64,000 bases of DNA from Gemmatimonas sp. (GTDB lineage Bacteria > Gemmatimonadota > Gemmatimonadetes > Gemmatimonadales > Gemmatimonadaceae), in the NCBI GenBank assembly GCA_965279375.1, contig OZ257156.1, positions 3,616,001 to 3,680,000 of the forward strand, in the 5' to 3' direction. Each line of letters starts with the position of its first letter. Within the stretch, counting starts at the first letter, position 1. Both the position numbers and the translations under genes were made by a program. The notes beneath the pieces are model-generated. The model saw only the letters and a list, made by a program, of their open reading frames with translations. It ran no database searches and had not been told where the DNA came from. Shown piece by piece: positions 1 through 11,160 of the stretch.

Positions 1-1116
1 GCACGTACGGAGCGCGTGCAGCTGCGAGCGCAGGCGTCGACCGCTGGCGTTCAACTGATCAGCGGCGTGCGTGCATTCTCGCTCGCGTATCGGGACCCAA
101 CTCGCCCCTCGCTCGATGCGAGTGCGCATGCAGTCGCCGGCGACGCGGAGCTGAGTGGAATGCTGCGTACGGTTCGATGGCGTGCGGGCGGAGGAGCTGA
201 TCGAGTGCGCGCAACGGGCGGAATCGAACAGGCGCGCGGACGGGCGTTTCTCGTTGGCAGCTCGTCGCGACGATCCGCTCGAGGCGCGATGGACGTTGGC
301 GTGCGCGTCGATGCGATCGGGACCTTCGGTGCGCTGCCGTCGTTCTCGCTTGGTGCGGAGCGCACGCTGCTGGGAAGCCGTGACGCGCACACGGAGAGCG
401 ACCTCCTGTGGACGCTTGGCGCACGGTGGTCGCAGGCTCTTCGTGTACCGACCCTTTACGACCTCTACTTTTCGTCGCCGCAACGCCTCTTCGTGCGTAC
501 ACTGCGTCCGGAACGGGTTCTGCTCGACGGCGAGTTGCAGTCGCGTTTGGCTGGGCGCATCGCCGGTGGTGCGTTCACGTTGCAGGCCTCGTTGGTCGCG
601 CGAGACACGAAGGACGCCATCGTCTGGTTCCCCGGAAATTTCGGATGGAGCCCGGCGAATGTCGGACGCGAACGACTTCGCGGCGCAGAGGCACGCGCGG
701 CGTTTCGGCGCAGCGCGCTCCGCCGCGCGATCGTGGACGTGTCCGCGTGGGTGACGCGATACGATGCCACACTCGAAACAGAGTCGTTGCGCATCCCGAC
801 GCCGTACGTCGCGCGCACGGCAGGTGGCGCGCAGTTCTTGTTGCAAGACGACGGCAGCGCGTTGAGCGTGCGCATGCATGCCACGGGCCGCCGTCCATTC
901 AGTGCAGGACCTCGCAATGCCGCTTTCGAGCTGCCGGCGGTTCTGCTCTCCGACGTGGCGCTCTCGCGGCACGTTGCAGTACTCGCGACCGATGCCCTCG
1001 TGTCCTTGTCGCTCGACAATGCGACGGACGTGCGATGGCAGTCGGTGCGGGGCTTCCCCTCGCCCGGCAGAAGTTGGGCGATCTCCACCACCATCCGACA
1101 CCGCACCAACCCATGA
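1..1116 (+). CDS. TonB-dependent outer-membrane receptor, C-terminal part (BtuB-like), truncated by window start
   Basis: Barrel motifs 'RVPTLYDLY', 'LRPER', 'ANVGRERLRGAE', 'LDNATDVRWQSVRGFPSPGRSW'; stop TGA 1114-1116. Confidence 0.75.
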   Translation, partial: ARTERVQLRAQASTAGVQLISGVRAFSLAYRDPTRPSLDASAHAVAGDAELSGMLRTVRWRAGGGADRVRATGGIEQARGRAFLVGSSSRRSARGAMDVGVRVDAIGTFGALPSFSLGAERTLLGSRDAHTESDLLWTLGARWSQALRVPTLYDLYFSSPQRLFVRTLRPERVLLDGELQSRLAGRIAGGAFTLQASLVARDTKDAIVWFPGNFGWSPANVGRERLRGAEARAAFRRSALRRAIVDVSAWVTRYDATLETESLRIPTPYVARTAGGAQFLLQDDGSALSVRMHATGRRPFSAGPRNAAFELPAVLLSDVALSRHVAVLATDALVSLSLDNATDVRWQSVRGFPSPGRSWAISTTIRHRTNP

Positions 1117-2297
1117 TGTTTGTACACGCCAGTCCGACTCAGGCGCTAGCGCGCCGCATGCGTATCGCGCGCGTCAGCGTTGCGTCGCTCGCGCTCGGTC
1201 TCACCGCCGTCGCCTGCGGCGACGACGGAGCACTCAACACAGTCCCGCAGCCGCCCAAGGGCATCGTTGTACTCGACGGTTTCATTCAGCCCGGTCTCAC
1301 GCTGCTGCCGGACACGGGCAGCGCGAGCTCGCGCGTGATCTTCGGCGCGCCAACCGAGTTCGACGCCGGTGGCTTCACGCTCGAACGCGATACGGTACTC
1401 GCGACGTCCAGTCGCGCGGCCGGTGATCTGCTCTATATCGCCGATCTCAGAACCGGCACGATGCGTCGCCTGCAGCTTCCGGCGCGCAGCAACCCGTCTC
1501 GCGCGCGCCTCTTCCGAGGAAGCAACGGGCTCGCACTCATCGGTGTGGCGCTGCGCGACTCGAGTGCCATCGCGCTGGTCAGCACCAGCGGCTCGAACGC
1601 GCCGACAATCACACGCATCGCGAATGCCGGTCTCTGTCCGACCGACATGTTCCAGTACGACAACGCGACGTGGGTGGTCGATGCAAACGCCAACTGCCGC
1701 ACGAACTACACCGTGCAGGGCGATGTGCGACTCATTCGCATCCCCAACACCGGCTCCACGCGCGATACGATCCTTCTGCCCGGCATGCGCGGCTCCGGCG
1801 CCGGCGCGATCGTGAGCGGCGACGTGGCCTACATCTCCGCCGGCGGTGACGCCAGCTTTGCGAACTTCCCGTACACGCTGCTCGCCTCGGGTTCACTCGC
1901 TAAGGTCGACCTCAAGAACAAGCGCGTACTGCAGCAGCGCGTCATGCCGTCCGGCTCGTACGGCGGCAGTACCAAGCTCGGTCTCGACGGCTTTCTCTAC
2001 GTGTCGCTGTACCAGGACCTCGCCAATTTTCGCAGTCGCATCATTAAAATGCGCACCGACGATCTCGGCTTCGTGACTGGAGTCCCCGCCGTCGCCACCA
2101 CCTCGTGGCTCGCGCTCACGGGCACGACGGGCACCGAAGTCGCCTGTGGTAGCGGTCAGGCGGATGCGCTCGGTCGCGTGCATTGCATCGCCAATGGCGC
2201 CGCGTCGGCGACGTCGCTGATTGTGTTCGATCCGGCGGGGCGTGAAACGCGGCGCGTACCGGCTGGGCAGGGCGGGGTGGACATCGGCCTGCGCTGA
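1113..2297 (+). CDS. Surface lipoprotein, probable beta-propeller (BtuG/YncE-like partner of the TonB receptor)
   Basis: ATGA overlap with receptor stop; lipobox-like 'LGLTAVAC-G'; repeated beta-strand segments. ORF-track start at 408 is spurious. Confidence 0.6.
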   Translation: MMFVHASPTQALARRMRIARVSVASLALGLTAVACGDDGALNTVPQPPKGIVVLDGFIQPGLTLLPDTGSASSRVIFGAPTEFDAGGFTLERDTVLATSSRAAGDLLYIADLRTGTMRRLQLPARSNPSRARLFRGSNGLALIGVALRDSSAIALVSTSGSNAPTITRIANAGLCPTDMFQYDNATWVVDANANCRTNYTVQGDVRLIRIPNTGSTRDTILLPGMRGSGAGAIVSGDVAYISAGGDASFANFPYTLLASGSLAKVDLKNKRVLQQRVMPSGSYGGSTKLGLDGFLYVSLYQDLANFRSRIIKMRTDDLGFVTGVPAVATTSWLALTGTTGTEVACGSGQADALGRVHCIANGAASATSLIVFDPAGRETRRVPAGQGGVDIGLR

Positions 2298-2348
2298 GTC
2301 ACCGGCGCGACGCCCACGCGGCGCGCGCGAGAGGCGCTATTCTCCAGC

Positions 2349-3107
2349 ATGCCACTGCTCGTCACCGACGCGATCGTGCTGCACGCGGTCGACTACCTCG
2401 AATCGTCTCGCATCCTGCGCCTCGCCACGCGCGAGGCCGGGGTGCAGTCGGTGGTGGCGCGCGGTGCGCGTTCCTCTCGCAAGCGGTTCGGGAGCGGTCT
2501 CGACCTGTTCGCAGAAGGGCAGGCGCAGATCCAGACCAAGCCCGGACGTGACCTGCACTCGCTCGTCTCCTTCGATGTCACGCGCTCGCGGCCGGCGCTC
2601 GCGACCGATCTGGATCGGTTTTCGGCGGCCAGCGCCCTGACCGAGTGCGTGATGCGGATCGTGCACGATGAGGCGGCGCCGACGGTCTATGACGGGGTCA
2701 AGTTGGGGCTCGATGCGATTGCCGCGGCGGAGCCGGAGCAGACCGTGACGACCGCGATGGGCGCGATTTGGCGGATGGTCAGTGAAGTCGGGTTCACGCC
2801 GGTGCTCGACCGCTGCGTAGAGTGCCACACGCCGATAGATGCCGACGATGATGCGATGTTCAGCCATCTGGCTGGCGGCACTCTGTGCGCTCGCTGCGGT
2901 GCCCAGATGCCGGGTGGACGACGACTGCCGGCCAGCGCCCGACTGGCGATCCTGCAGTGGATGGAAGGGCGCTTCGTGCCGATGGCCGAGTCCGACGCAC
3001 GTGCACACCAAAGGCTGCTCCGGGAGTTCCTCGGTCAACACCTGACCGACGCGCGAGCGCTCAAAGCCTACGTCAGTTGGGAGCGCGGGGTGTTCAAGTC
3101 TGCGTAA
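2349..3107 (+). CDS. recO: DNA repair protein RecO
   Basis: N-terminal OB 'DAIVLHAVDYLESSRIL...VARGAR', Zn finger CVEC...CARC. Confidence 0.95.
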   Translation: MPLLVTDAIVLHAVDYLESSRILRLATREAGVQSVVARGARSSRKRFGSGLDLFAEGQAQIQTKPGRDLHSLVSFDVTRSRPALATDLDRFSAASALTECVMRIVHDEAAPTVYDGVKLGLDAIAAAEPEQTVTTAMGAIWRMVSEVGFTPVLDRCVECHTPIDADDDAMFSHLAGGTLCARCGAQMPGGRRLPASARLAILQWMEGRFVPMAESDARAHQRLLREFLGQHLTDARALKAYVSWERGVFKSA

Positions 3108-3201
3108 AACGTTCTATTGGAACGATTTGCAATAGATGATGTGATGTGCTGCGCGAGATGGACAATGCCGCACGCGGAACGGCGACTCATGGGAATGTTG
3201 C

Positions 3202-3230
3202 TTGACTCCCTGTTTCGTGCGTCCTAGTTT
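3202..3230 (+). promoter_or_regulatory. sigma70-type promoter TTGACT-N17-TAGTTT
   Basis: -35 at 3202-3207, -10 at 3225-3230, upstream of ORF 3306. Confidence 0.6.
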
Positions 3231-3305
3231 CATGACAGGCAGTTCCTTCCTCACCCTCACCGGAGACTTCGACTAACCACCTGATTCGTCAGTCGGAGAA
3301 GCACC

Positions 3306-3755
3306 ATGAAACGTTCGTGGGCAGCACTGGGTCTGGTGCTCGCTCTCAGCGCTCTCATGCCAAAGGTTTCGGAGGCGCAGGATCTTCGGAAAAAACTCCC
3401 GGGCGTCACGCTCGGCCAGAATTATCCGAACCCCTTCAATCCCGAAACATTCATCCCGTTCAGTGTGGGCGAACCGCCCAGCTGTCCCGATAACGGAAAG
3501 CAGTATCGCGTGACCGTGAAGATCTACAACGTGCTTGCACAGCTTGTAGCGATTCCGGTTCTGCAACGTGGTTCGGGTGGGGTGGCAGGAGGTCAACCGT
3601 TGGAAAACCTCTCAGTCTCATGCGGTGAGTTCACCGCGTATTGGGATGGAAAGGTCCGTGGCACAGGACGGGAGGCCGCCTCAGGCGTGTACCTGTATCG
3701 CATCGAGGTTGATGGCGTGAAGGTGCTGATGGGAAAGATGATCAACGCGAAGTGA
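3306..3755 (+). CDS. Small secreted protein consisting of one FlgD-Ig/T9SS type-A-sorting-like domain
   Basis: RBS GGAG; signal peptide; 'LGQNYPNPFNPET', 'KIYNVLAQLV', 'WDG...ASGVYLYRI'. Confidence 0.75.
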   Translation: MKRSWAALGLVLALSALMPKVSEAQDLRKKLPGVTLGQNYPNPFNPETFIPFSVGEPPSCPDNGKQYRVTVKIYNVLAQLVAIPVLQRGSGGVAGGQPLENLSVSCGEFTAYWDGKVRGTGREAASGVYLYRIEVDGVKVLMGKMINAK

Positions 3756-3786
3756 GCACCACGAACGACCCGCAAGACAATTCATG

Positions 3787-3825
3787 ATGGCGCGCCGGGT
3801 GAGCGGACCCGGCGCGCCATTTTGT
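3787..3825 (+). terminator. Intrinsic terminator
   Basis: 14-bp perfect stem ATGGCGCGCCGGGT/ACCCGGCGCGCCAT followed by TTTGT. Confidence 0.75.
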
Positions 3826-3898
3826 ATCCAGCCCCCACGCAAGCGCCGCAGCAATGGCGCATCTTTCCTCGTGAGTCCGCCGCTTCGGCATGGCGTTT

Positions 3899-3915
3899 TC
3901 GGCATCGCACTTGCC
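3899..3915 (+). promoter_or_regulatory. Putative sigma54 (-24/-12) promoter of clpB
   Basis: tcGGCATcgcacTTGCc: GG 3901-3902 and GC 3913-3914 with exact 10-nt spacing. Confidence 0.5.
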
Positions 3916-3998
3916 ACCTAGCGCGGTATCTCGACGTACGGCCTGCGTCCGGAGAACTCATCTCTGCGACCGACCGCACGCGACCGACCAACCACGCC

Positions 3999-6665
<2,667 letters not shown>

Positions 6666-6709
6666 TCGGCTGAACGCGTGAGACACGCTCCTAAGAGGGT
6701 CTCACCGCT

Positions 6710-7177
6710 ATGAGCGCTGCGCCAATCGCCGCGGAGGATCTGGCGGCCATGCAGACCGCCCTCGCCGAAGCACGGGCGGCGGCGGATGCGGGTGAGGTGC
6801 CCGTGGGGGCGGTGGTGGTGCATCGGGGTGAGATCGTGGTCCGCGCTCGCAACGCGATGCGGAGCATGCGTGACCCGACGGCGCATGCCGAAGTGTTGGC
6901 GCTGCGTGAGGCGGCGGCGGTGCTGGACGAGAACGAGCTGCGATCGGCCACGCTGGTGGTCACGCTGGAGCCCTGTGCCATGTGTGCCGGAGCGATCGTT
7001 CTTGCACGCGTAGCGCGGCTGGTCTTCGGCGCCTGGGACGACAAGGCCGGAATGTGCGGATCGGTGGGGGATCTGGTGCGGCACGGAAGGCTCAATCACC
7101 AGCCCGAGGTCCGCGGCGGCGTCCTGGCCGAGGAATCCAGCGCAATGTTGCGAGAGTTCTTCGGTCAACGTCGTTGA
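6710..7177 (+). CDS. tadA: tRNA adenosine(34) deaminase
   Basis: 'EVPVGAV', 'DPTAHAE', 'TLEPCAMC'. Confidence 0.92.
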   Translation: MSAAPIAAEDLAAMQTALAEARAAADAGEVPVGAVVVHRGEIVVRARNAMRSMRDPTAHAEVLALREAAAVLDENELRSATLVVTLEPCAMCAGAIVLARVARLVFGAWDDKAGMCGSVGDLVRHGRLNHQPEVRGGVLAEESSAMLREFFGQRR

Positions 7178-7274
7178 CACTGAGGGCGCCGGTTTTTATG
7201 AATAGGGACTGTAGAATCGGCGCCTGATTTTTTGTTTGTGGCCGGTTGGCGGGTTGGTGATGGAGCAGGATCCT

Positions 7275-7361
7275 GGATAGGTGGCCGAGTGGTTGAAGGC
7301 ACCGGTCTCGAAAACCGGCGTGCCCGCAAGGGTACCGTGAGTTCGAATCTCACCCTGTCCG
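7275..7361 (+). tRNA. tRNA-Ser(CGA)
   Basis: Acceptor GGATAGG/CCTGTCC, anticodon arm CCGGT-CT-CGA-AA-ACCGG, long variable arm, GTTCGAATC; CCA not encoded. Confidence 0.95.
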
Positions 7362-7475
7362 CTGAGTGTGGTACAGTTCATCCGGTTTGCTTCGGATGAG
7401 GCAAGAACGACGCGCCGGCGTGCGGGTTCCGCGCCCGGCGCGTTTGTGCAGGGTCGGGTGCCGATGGTGCCCGAG

Positions 7476-7563
7476 GGATGGATGGCCGAGTGGTTTAAGG
7501 CGCACGCCTGGAAAGCGTGTGTACGTTAATAGCGTACCGTGAGTTCGAATCTCACTCCATCCG
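7476..7563 (+). tRNA. tRNA-Ser(GGA)
   Basis: Acceptor GGATGGA/TCCATCC, anticodon arm CACGC-CT-GGA-AA-GCGTG, long variable arm, GTTCGAATC; CCA not encoded. Confidence 0.95.
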
Positions 7564-7565
7564 TC

Positions 7566-7605
7566 ATCCCGTCAACGACTTCGGGCGTTGGCGGGATTGT
7601 TGTTT
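7566..7605 (+). terminator. Intrinsic terminator after the tRNA pair
   Basis: Stem ATCCCGTCAACG/CGTTGGCGGGAT then TGTTGTTT. Confidence 0.65.
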
Positions 7606-7752
7606 GTGGACGCGATTGGCCAAGATTTCTGAATCTCGTCGCGCCGCCAACGCGTTCCAATTGTCGTCGGCACGCGCCTGAGGGCGATCGACGTCCATTC
7701 CGCATCTGGTCTCACGAGTCATCGTCGCAAGTCCGCCTCACCGCGCACGAAC

Positions 7753-8091
7753 ATGGCGTCGTTTGAAGACGAGCTGTCCCTCCAGCAGTACCTGCGCGAC
7801 ATCGAGGCATACCCCGTGCTCTCGCGCGAAGAGGTCGAGGAGTTAGCGCGACGGGTCCGCGCCGGCGACGAAGATGCGATCGAAACACTGGTGCATTCGC
7901 ATCTGCGCTTCGCCGTCTCCGTCGCGCGCGAGTACGAGACCGAGGGCCTCTCGCTCTCGGACCTGATCAACGAGGCGAACCTTGGCCTCATTCGCGCGGC
8001 ACACAAGTTCGACGAGACGAACGGGATCGCGTTCGCGTCGTACGCAGACGCGTTGATTCGTGAGTCCATCCTGCGAGCGCTCCCCGGATAG
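7753..8091 (+). CDS. Truncated sigma-70-family protein (regions 1.2 and 2 only)
   Basis: 'LQQYLRDIEAYPVLSREE' (1.2), 'HLRFAVSVAREY', 'LSDLINEANLGLIRAAHKFD' (2.1-2.2); stops after 2.4. Confidence 0.85.
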   Translation: MASFEDELSLQQYLRDIEAYPVLSREEVEELARRVRAGDEDAIETLVHSHLRFAVSVAREYETEGLSLSDLINEANLGLIRAAHKFDETNGIAFASYADALIRESILRALPG

Positions 8092-8252
8092 TTGGAAGGA
8101 CGCAGGAGCCGCGTTCCGACGATATCGTGGTGGTGACATGACCCCGAAGTGCTGGGTCGATCGAAACCGCAGTCTACGTGGTGTATCGTGAGAGGGGCCT
8201 GGTATCCGCAAACGGATCCTCGGCCAATCTCTTCGACCACGGTACGACTGTC

Positions 8253-10358
8253 ATGGCCACGCCCACTGCGACACCTGCCACCCCGTTGCGCGTCCTCATG
8301 TGCGCGCCCGATCACTACGACATCGCGTATGTGATCAACCCGTGGATGGAGGGACAGGTTGGGCGAGTCGACCTGAACAAGGCTCGTCAGCAATGGCGCG
8401 CGCTGCACGAGCTCGTCGCGTCGCTGACCACGGTCGAACTGTTGCCGTCGCACCCGGGGCTTCCTGACCTCACCTTCACCGCCAACGCCGGACTCGTCTG
8501 CCAGGGCACGGTGGTACCCGCGTCGTTCCGCGTACCCGAGCGATCCGGCGAAGAACCCATCGGCGTGCAGTGGTTTCAGGATCAGCGGCTGCGTGTGGAG
8601 GAGTTGGGGCCCGACCAGCCGTTCGAAGGCGAAGGTGACGCGCTCTTTCAGCCCGGCGAACCGTTGCTCTGGGCCGCGTACGGCATTCGCTCCAGCATCG
8701 AGTGCCACAGCTGGCTCTCCAGCGTGTTCCGTTGCGAGGTCATCTCGCTTCGCCTGATGGATCCGCGCTTCTATCACCTCGACACGGCCTTCCTGCCGCT
8801 GCCGGGCGGGCGCGTCGTCTACTGGCCTGCCGCGTTCGACGAAGATTCGCTCACGCGCATTCGTCAGCGCATTCCCGCCTCGCATCGCCTCGAGGTGCGC
8901 GAGTACGACGCCCTGCAGTTCGCGTGTACCGCGCTACGCATCGGCACCACGCTCATCGCGCACGCCTGCAGCGCGGAGCTGCAGCAGCGATTGATGCAGT
9001 GGGGATTCGAGGTGCGCACCATCGATCTCAGCGAGTTCGTGTTGGCCGGCGCCGGCGTGAAGAGTCTCGCGCTGCTGCTCGATCAGGACCCCGGGACCGG
9101 ACAGCGGGCTGGGCTCGAGTTCCCGTCGCAGGTGCGAACCACGCGCTTGTCGATGTCGGGGCACATCCTCGACACGGGCAAGCTCAATCGCGTCATATCG
9201 GCTGCTGTCGACGCTGGGTTAGGTTGCCGAGTGGAGAAGTTGGAGGCGGGCGAACGCTTTGATCAGCATTCGCATGCGCAGTTGCGAGTCACGGCGCCCA
9301 CCCAGGAGCGGCTGGATACCACCGTGGCCGAGCTGATCACGCTGGGCGCGGAGCCGATTGCACAGACGCCGCAGGAGGCACACACGCAGGGCGCGCCCAA
9401 GGACGGCGTGGCGCCCGAGGACTTCTATTCGACGACCATCTATCCCACGCGCGTGCTGATCGACGGTGCGTGGTTGCTCGCGAGCGGGCAGCGCATGGAC
9501 GCCATGCTCGTGGTGGATCGCGCTGCACGCACGGTGCGCTGTCGTCTGATGCGCGATCTGCGGGCCGGCGAGGAGATTGTGGTGGGCCACCAGGGCATTC
9601 GCGTGGAGTTGCCGGAACTGAACGCGCACGGCGAAGGGTTCTCGTTCATGAGCGCTGGCGTCTCAAGTGAACGTCGCGTCGAGCACACCGTGGACGAACT
9701 GGCGTGGGAGATCGCGCGCTGCGTCTCGCGCGGCGGCAAGGTGTGCGTCGTGTCGGGCCCCGTGGTCATTCACACGGGCGGCGGTCCCTATCTGCAGCAG
9801 CTCATCGAGCACGGTTTCGTGCACGTGCTGCTGACGGGCAATGCGCTGCCGGTGCACGATATCGAGAGCAGCATGTTCGGCACGTCGCTGGGCGTGGACC
9901 TGTCACGCGGCCGCGGCGTACGCGGCGGACATCGACATCATCTGCGCGCGATCAACCGTGTGCGTATGGCTGGGTCGATTGCCGAGGCGGTGGAGCAGGG
10001 CGTGATTACGAGCGGCATCATGCATTCATGCGTACGGCACGGGGTGCGCTACGTGCTGGCCGGATCGATTCGCGACGACGGTCCGCTCCCTGACACGCTC
10101 ATGGACCTGGTGCAGGCGCAGTCGGCGTACGCGGAGGCGCTGCAAGGGTGCGAGATCGTATTGATGCTCTCCACCATGCTGCATTCGATCGGCGTGGGTA
10201 ACATGACGCCCGCGGGCGTAAAGCTCGTGTGCGTGGACATCAATCCGGCCGTGGTGACCAAGCTGGCCGATCGCGGCAGCATCGAGTCGGTGGGTATCGT
10301 GACCGATGTCGGGCTCTTCATGCGCCTGCTGGCCCAGCGACTCTGCGAGCCATCGTAG
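8253..10358 (+). CDS. argZ: ArgZ/AgrE-like protein: amidinotransferase-fold arginine dihydrolase domain fused to LOR/SDH (TIGR00300-type) domain; catalytic Cys position is Ser
   Basis: 'YVINPWM', 'PDLTFTANAG', 'FEGEGD', 'FYHLDT'; C-terminal 'VSSERR', 'GPVVIHTGG', 'LAGSIRDDGPLP', 'CVDINP...KLADRGS'; 701 aa from ATG 8253. Confidence 0.85.
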   Translation: MATPTATPATPLRVLMCAPDHYDIAYVINPWMEGQVGRVDLNKARQQWRALHELVASLTTVELLPSHPGLPDLTFTANAGLVCQGTVVPASFRVPERSGEEPIGVQWFQDQRLRVEELGPDQPFEGEGDALFQPGEPLLWAAYGIRSSIECHSWLSSVFRCEVISLRLMDPRFYHLDTAFLPLPGGRVVYWPAAFDEDSLTRIRQRIPASHRLEVREYDALQFACTALRIGTTLIAHACSAELQQRLMQWGFEVRTIDLSEFVLAGAGVKSLALLLDQDPGTGQRAGLEFPSQVRTTRLSMSGHILDTGKLNRVISAAVDAGLGCRVEKLEAGERFDQHSHAQLRVTAPTQERLDTTVAELITLGAEPIAQTPQEAHTQGAPKDGVAPEDFYSTTIYPTRVLIDGAWLLASGQRMDAMLVVDRAARTVRCRLMRDLRAGEEIVVGHQGIRVELPELNAHGEGFSFMSAGVSSERRVEHTVDELAWEIARCVSRGGKVCVVSGPVVIHTGGGPYLQQLIEHGFVHVLLTGNALPVHDIESSMFGTSLGVDLSRGRGVRGGHRHHLRAINRVRMAGSIAEAVEQGVITSGIMHSCVRHGVRYVLAGSIRDDGPLPDTLMDLVQAQSAYAEALQGCEIVLMLSTMLHSIGVGNMTPAGVKLVCVDINPAVVTKLADRGSIESVGIVTDVGLFMRLLAQRLCEPS

Positions 10359-10416
10359 AGGGGCAGGCGGCATACAGCTGGCCCCGCGAACCTCGGTGAC
10401 TGCCAGCTCTGATTCG

Positions 10417-10959
10417 TCAGCGGCTTCGCTCCGCCAGCTCCCGAAGATACTGCGCCGCCTTCGCGCGGTAGTGCGGCGCCGTCGAGTGGATCGTCGCACG
10501 ATGGGCGTCGGTCACATCACCCACTTTTCGCGCCGGGCACCCAGCCCATAGCTCGCCGGCGCGCACCTGCTTTCCGGGCGAGACCACCGCGCCCGCGGCC
10601 ACCAACGCGCCGCTTTCGATGATCGCGTCATCGAGCACGATCGCGCCCATTCCGATCAGCACATCATCGTGGATGATGCAGCCGTGAATGATCGCGCCGT
10701 GGCCGATCGTGACGCGTGAACCCAGCTGCGCATCGCCCCCCGTCCGGCTCGTGTGAATCAGCGCGAGATCCTGCACGTTCGTGTCGTTGCCGATGCGGAT
10801 GCCGCGTTCGTCCCCCCGCAGCACGGCGCCAAACCACACGCTCGAACCGGCGCCGATGTCCACGTCGCCAATCACGACGGCGGTCGGCGCAACGAAGACG
10901 CCCGGCGCCAGACGGGGGTGCTGGTCGCCGAATGGCATGACGTTCACTGGATTCTGCAT
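10417..10959 (-). CDS. Gamma-class carbonic anhydrase family protein (YrdA/PaaY-like)
   Basis: Hexapeptide repeats, 'VLRGD', 'TNVQD..LIH', 'TIGHGAIIHGC'; RBS GAGAGG before ATG 10959. Confidence 0.9.
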   Translation of the reverse strand: MQNPVNVMPFGDQHPRLAPGVFVAPTAVVIGDVDIGAGSSVWFGAVLRGDERGIRIGNDTNVQDLALIHTSRTGGDAQLGSRVTIGHGAIIHGCIIHDDVLIGMGAIVLDDAIIESGALVAAGAVVSPGKQVRAGELWAGCPARKVGDVTDAHRATIHSTAPHYRAKAAQYLRELAERSR

Positions 10960-11160
10960 CGACACCTCTCGAGTTGCCTCTGGCCAGCTTCCGCGTAGCG
11001 CGCGCCGACGTGATCAGACCATCTCTTCGCCCACACGGCGACTGCGCGCAAATCTATCCCCACGTGCGAACGTTGCGGCCGCTGCCACCGGCCCGCATGT
11101 TCCCGAAGACGCCGCCGGAGAGGCAAGTCCGGCCATGACCAACACTGTGTGCCTGTTCGC

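Noticed and set aside
3114..3135. Dyad CTATTG-N10-CAATAG upstream of the 3306 promoter
   Set aside because: Single short occurrence; no regulator assignable
7174..7202. TTGACA overlapping the tadA stop as tRNA promoter
   Set aside because: -10 at 17 nt is TATGAA, lacking the conserved final T; plausible but unsupported
7362..7475. Two hairpins between the tRNAs as possible SRP RNA or other ncRNA
   Set aside because: No SRP helix-8 motif; more likely processing or terminator structures
8092..8252. Guanidine riboswitch or frameshifted sigma remainder upstream of argZ
   Set aside because: No guanidine-I/II/III motifs recognised; no sigma region 3/4 sequence seen after the stop
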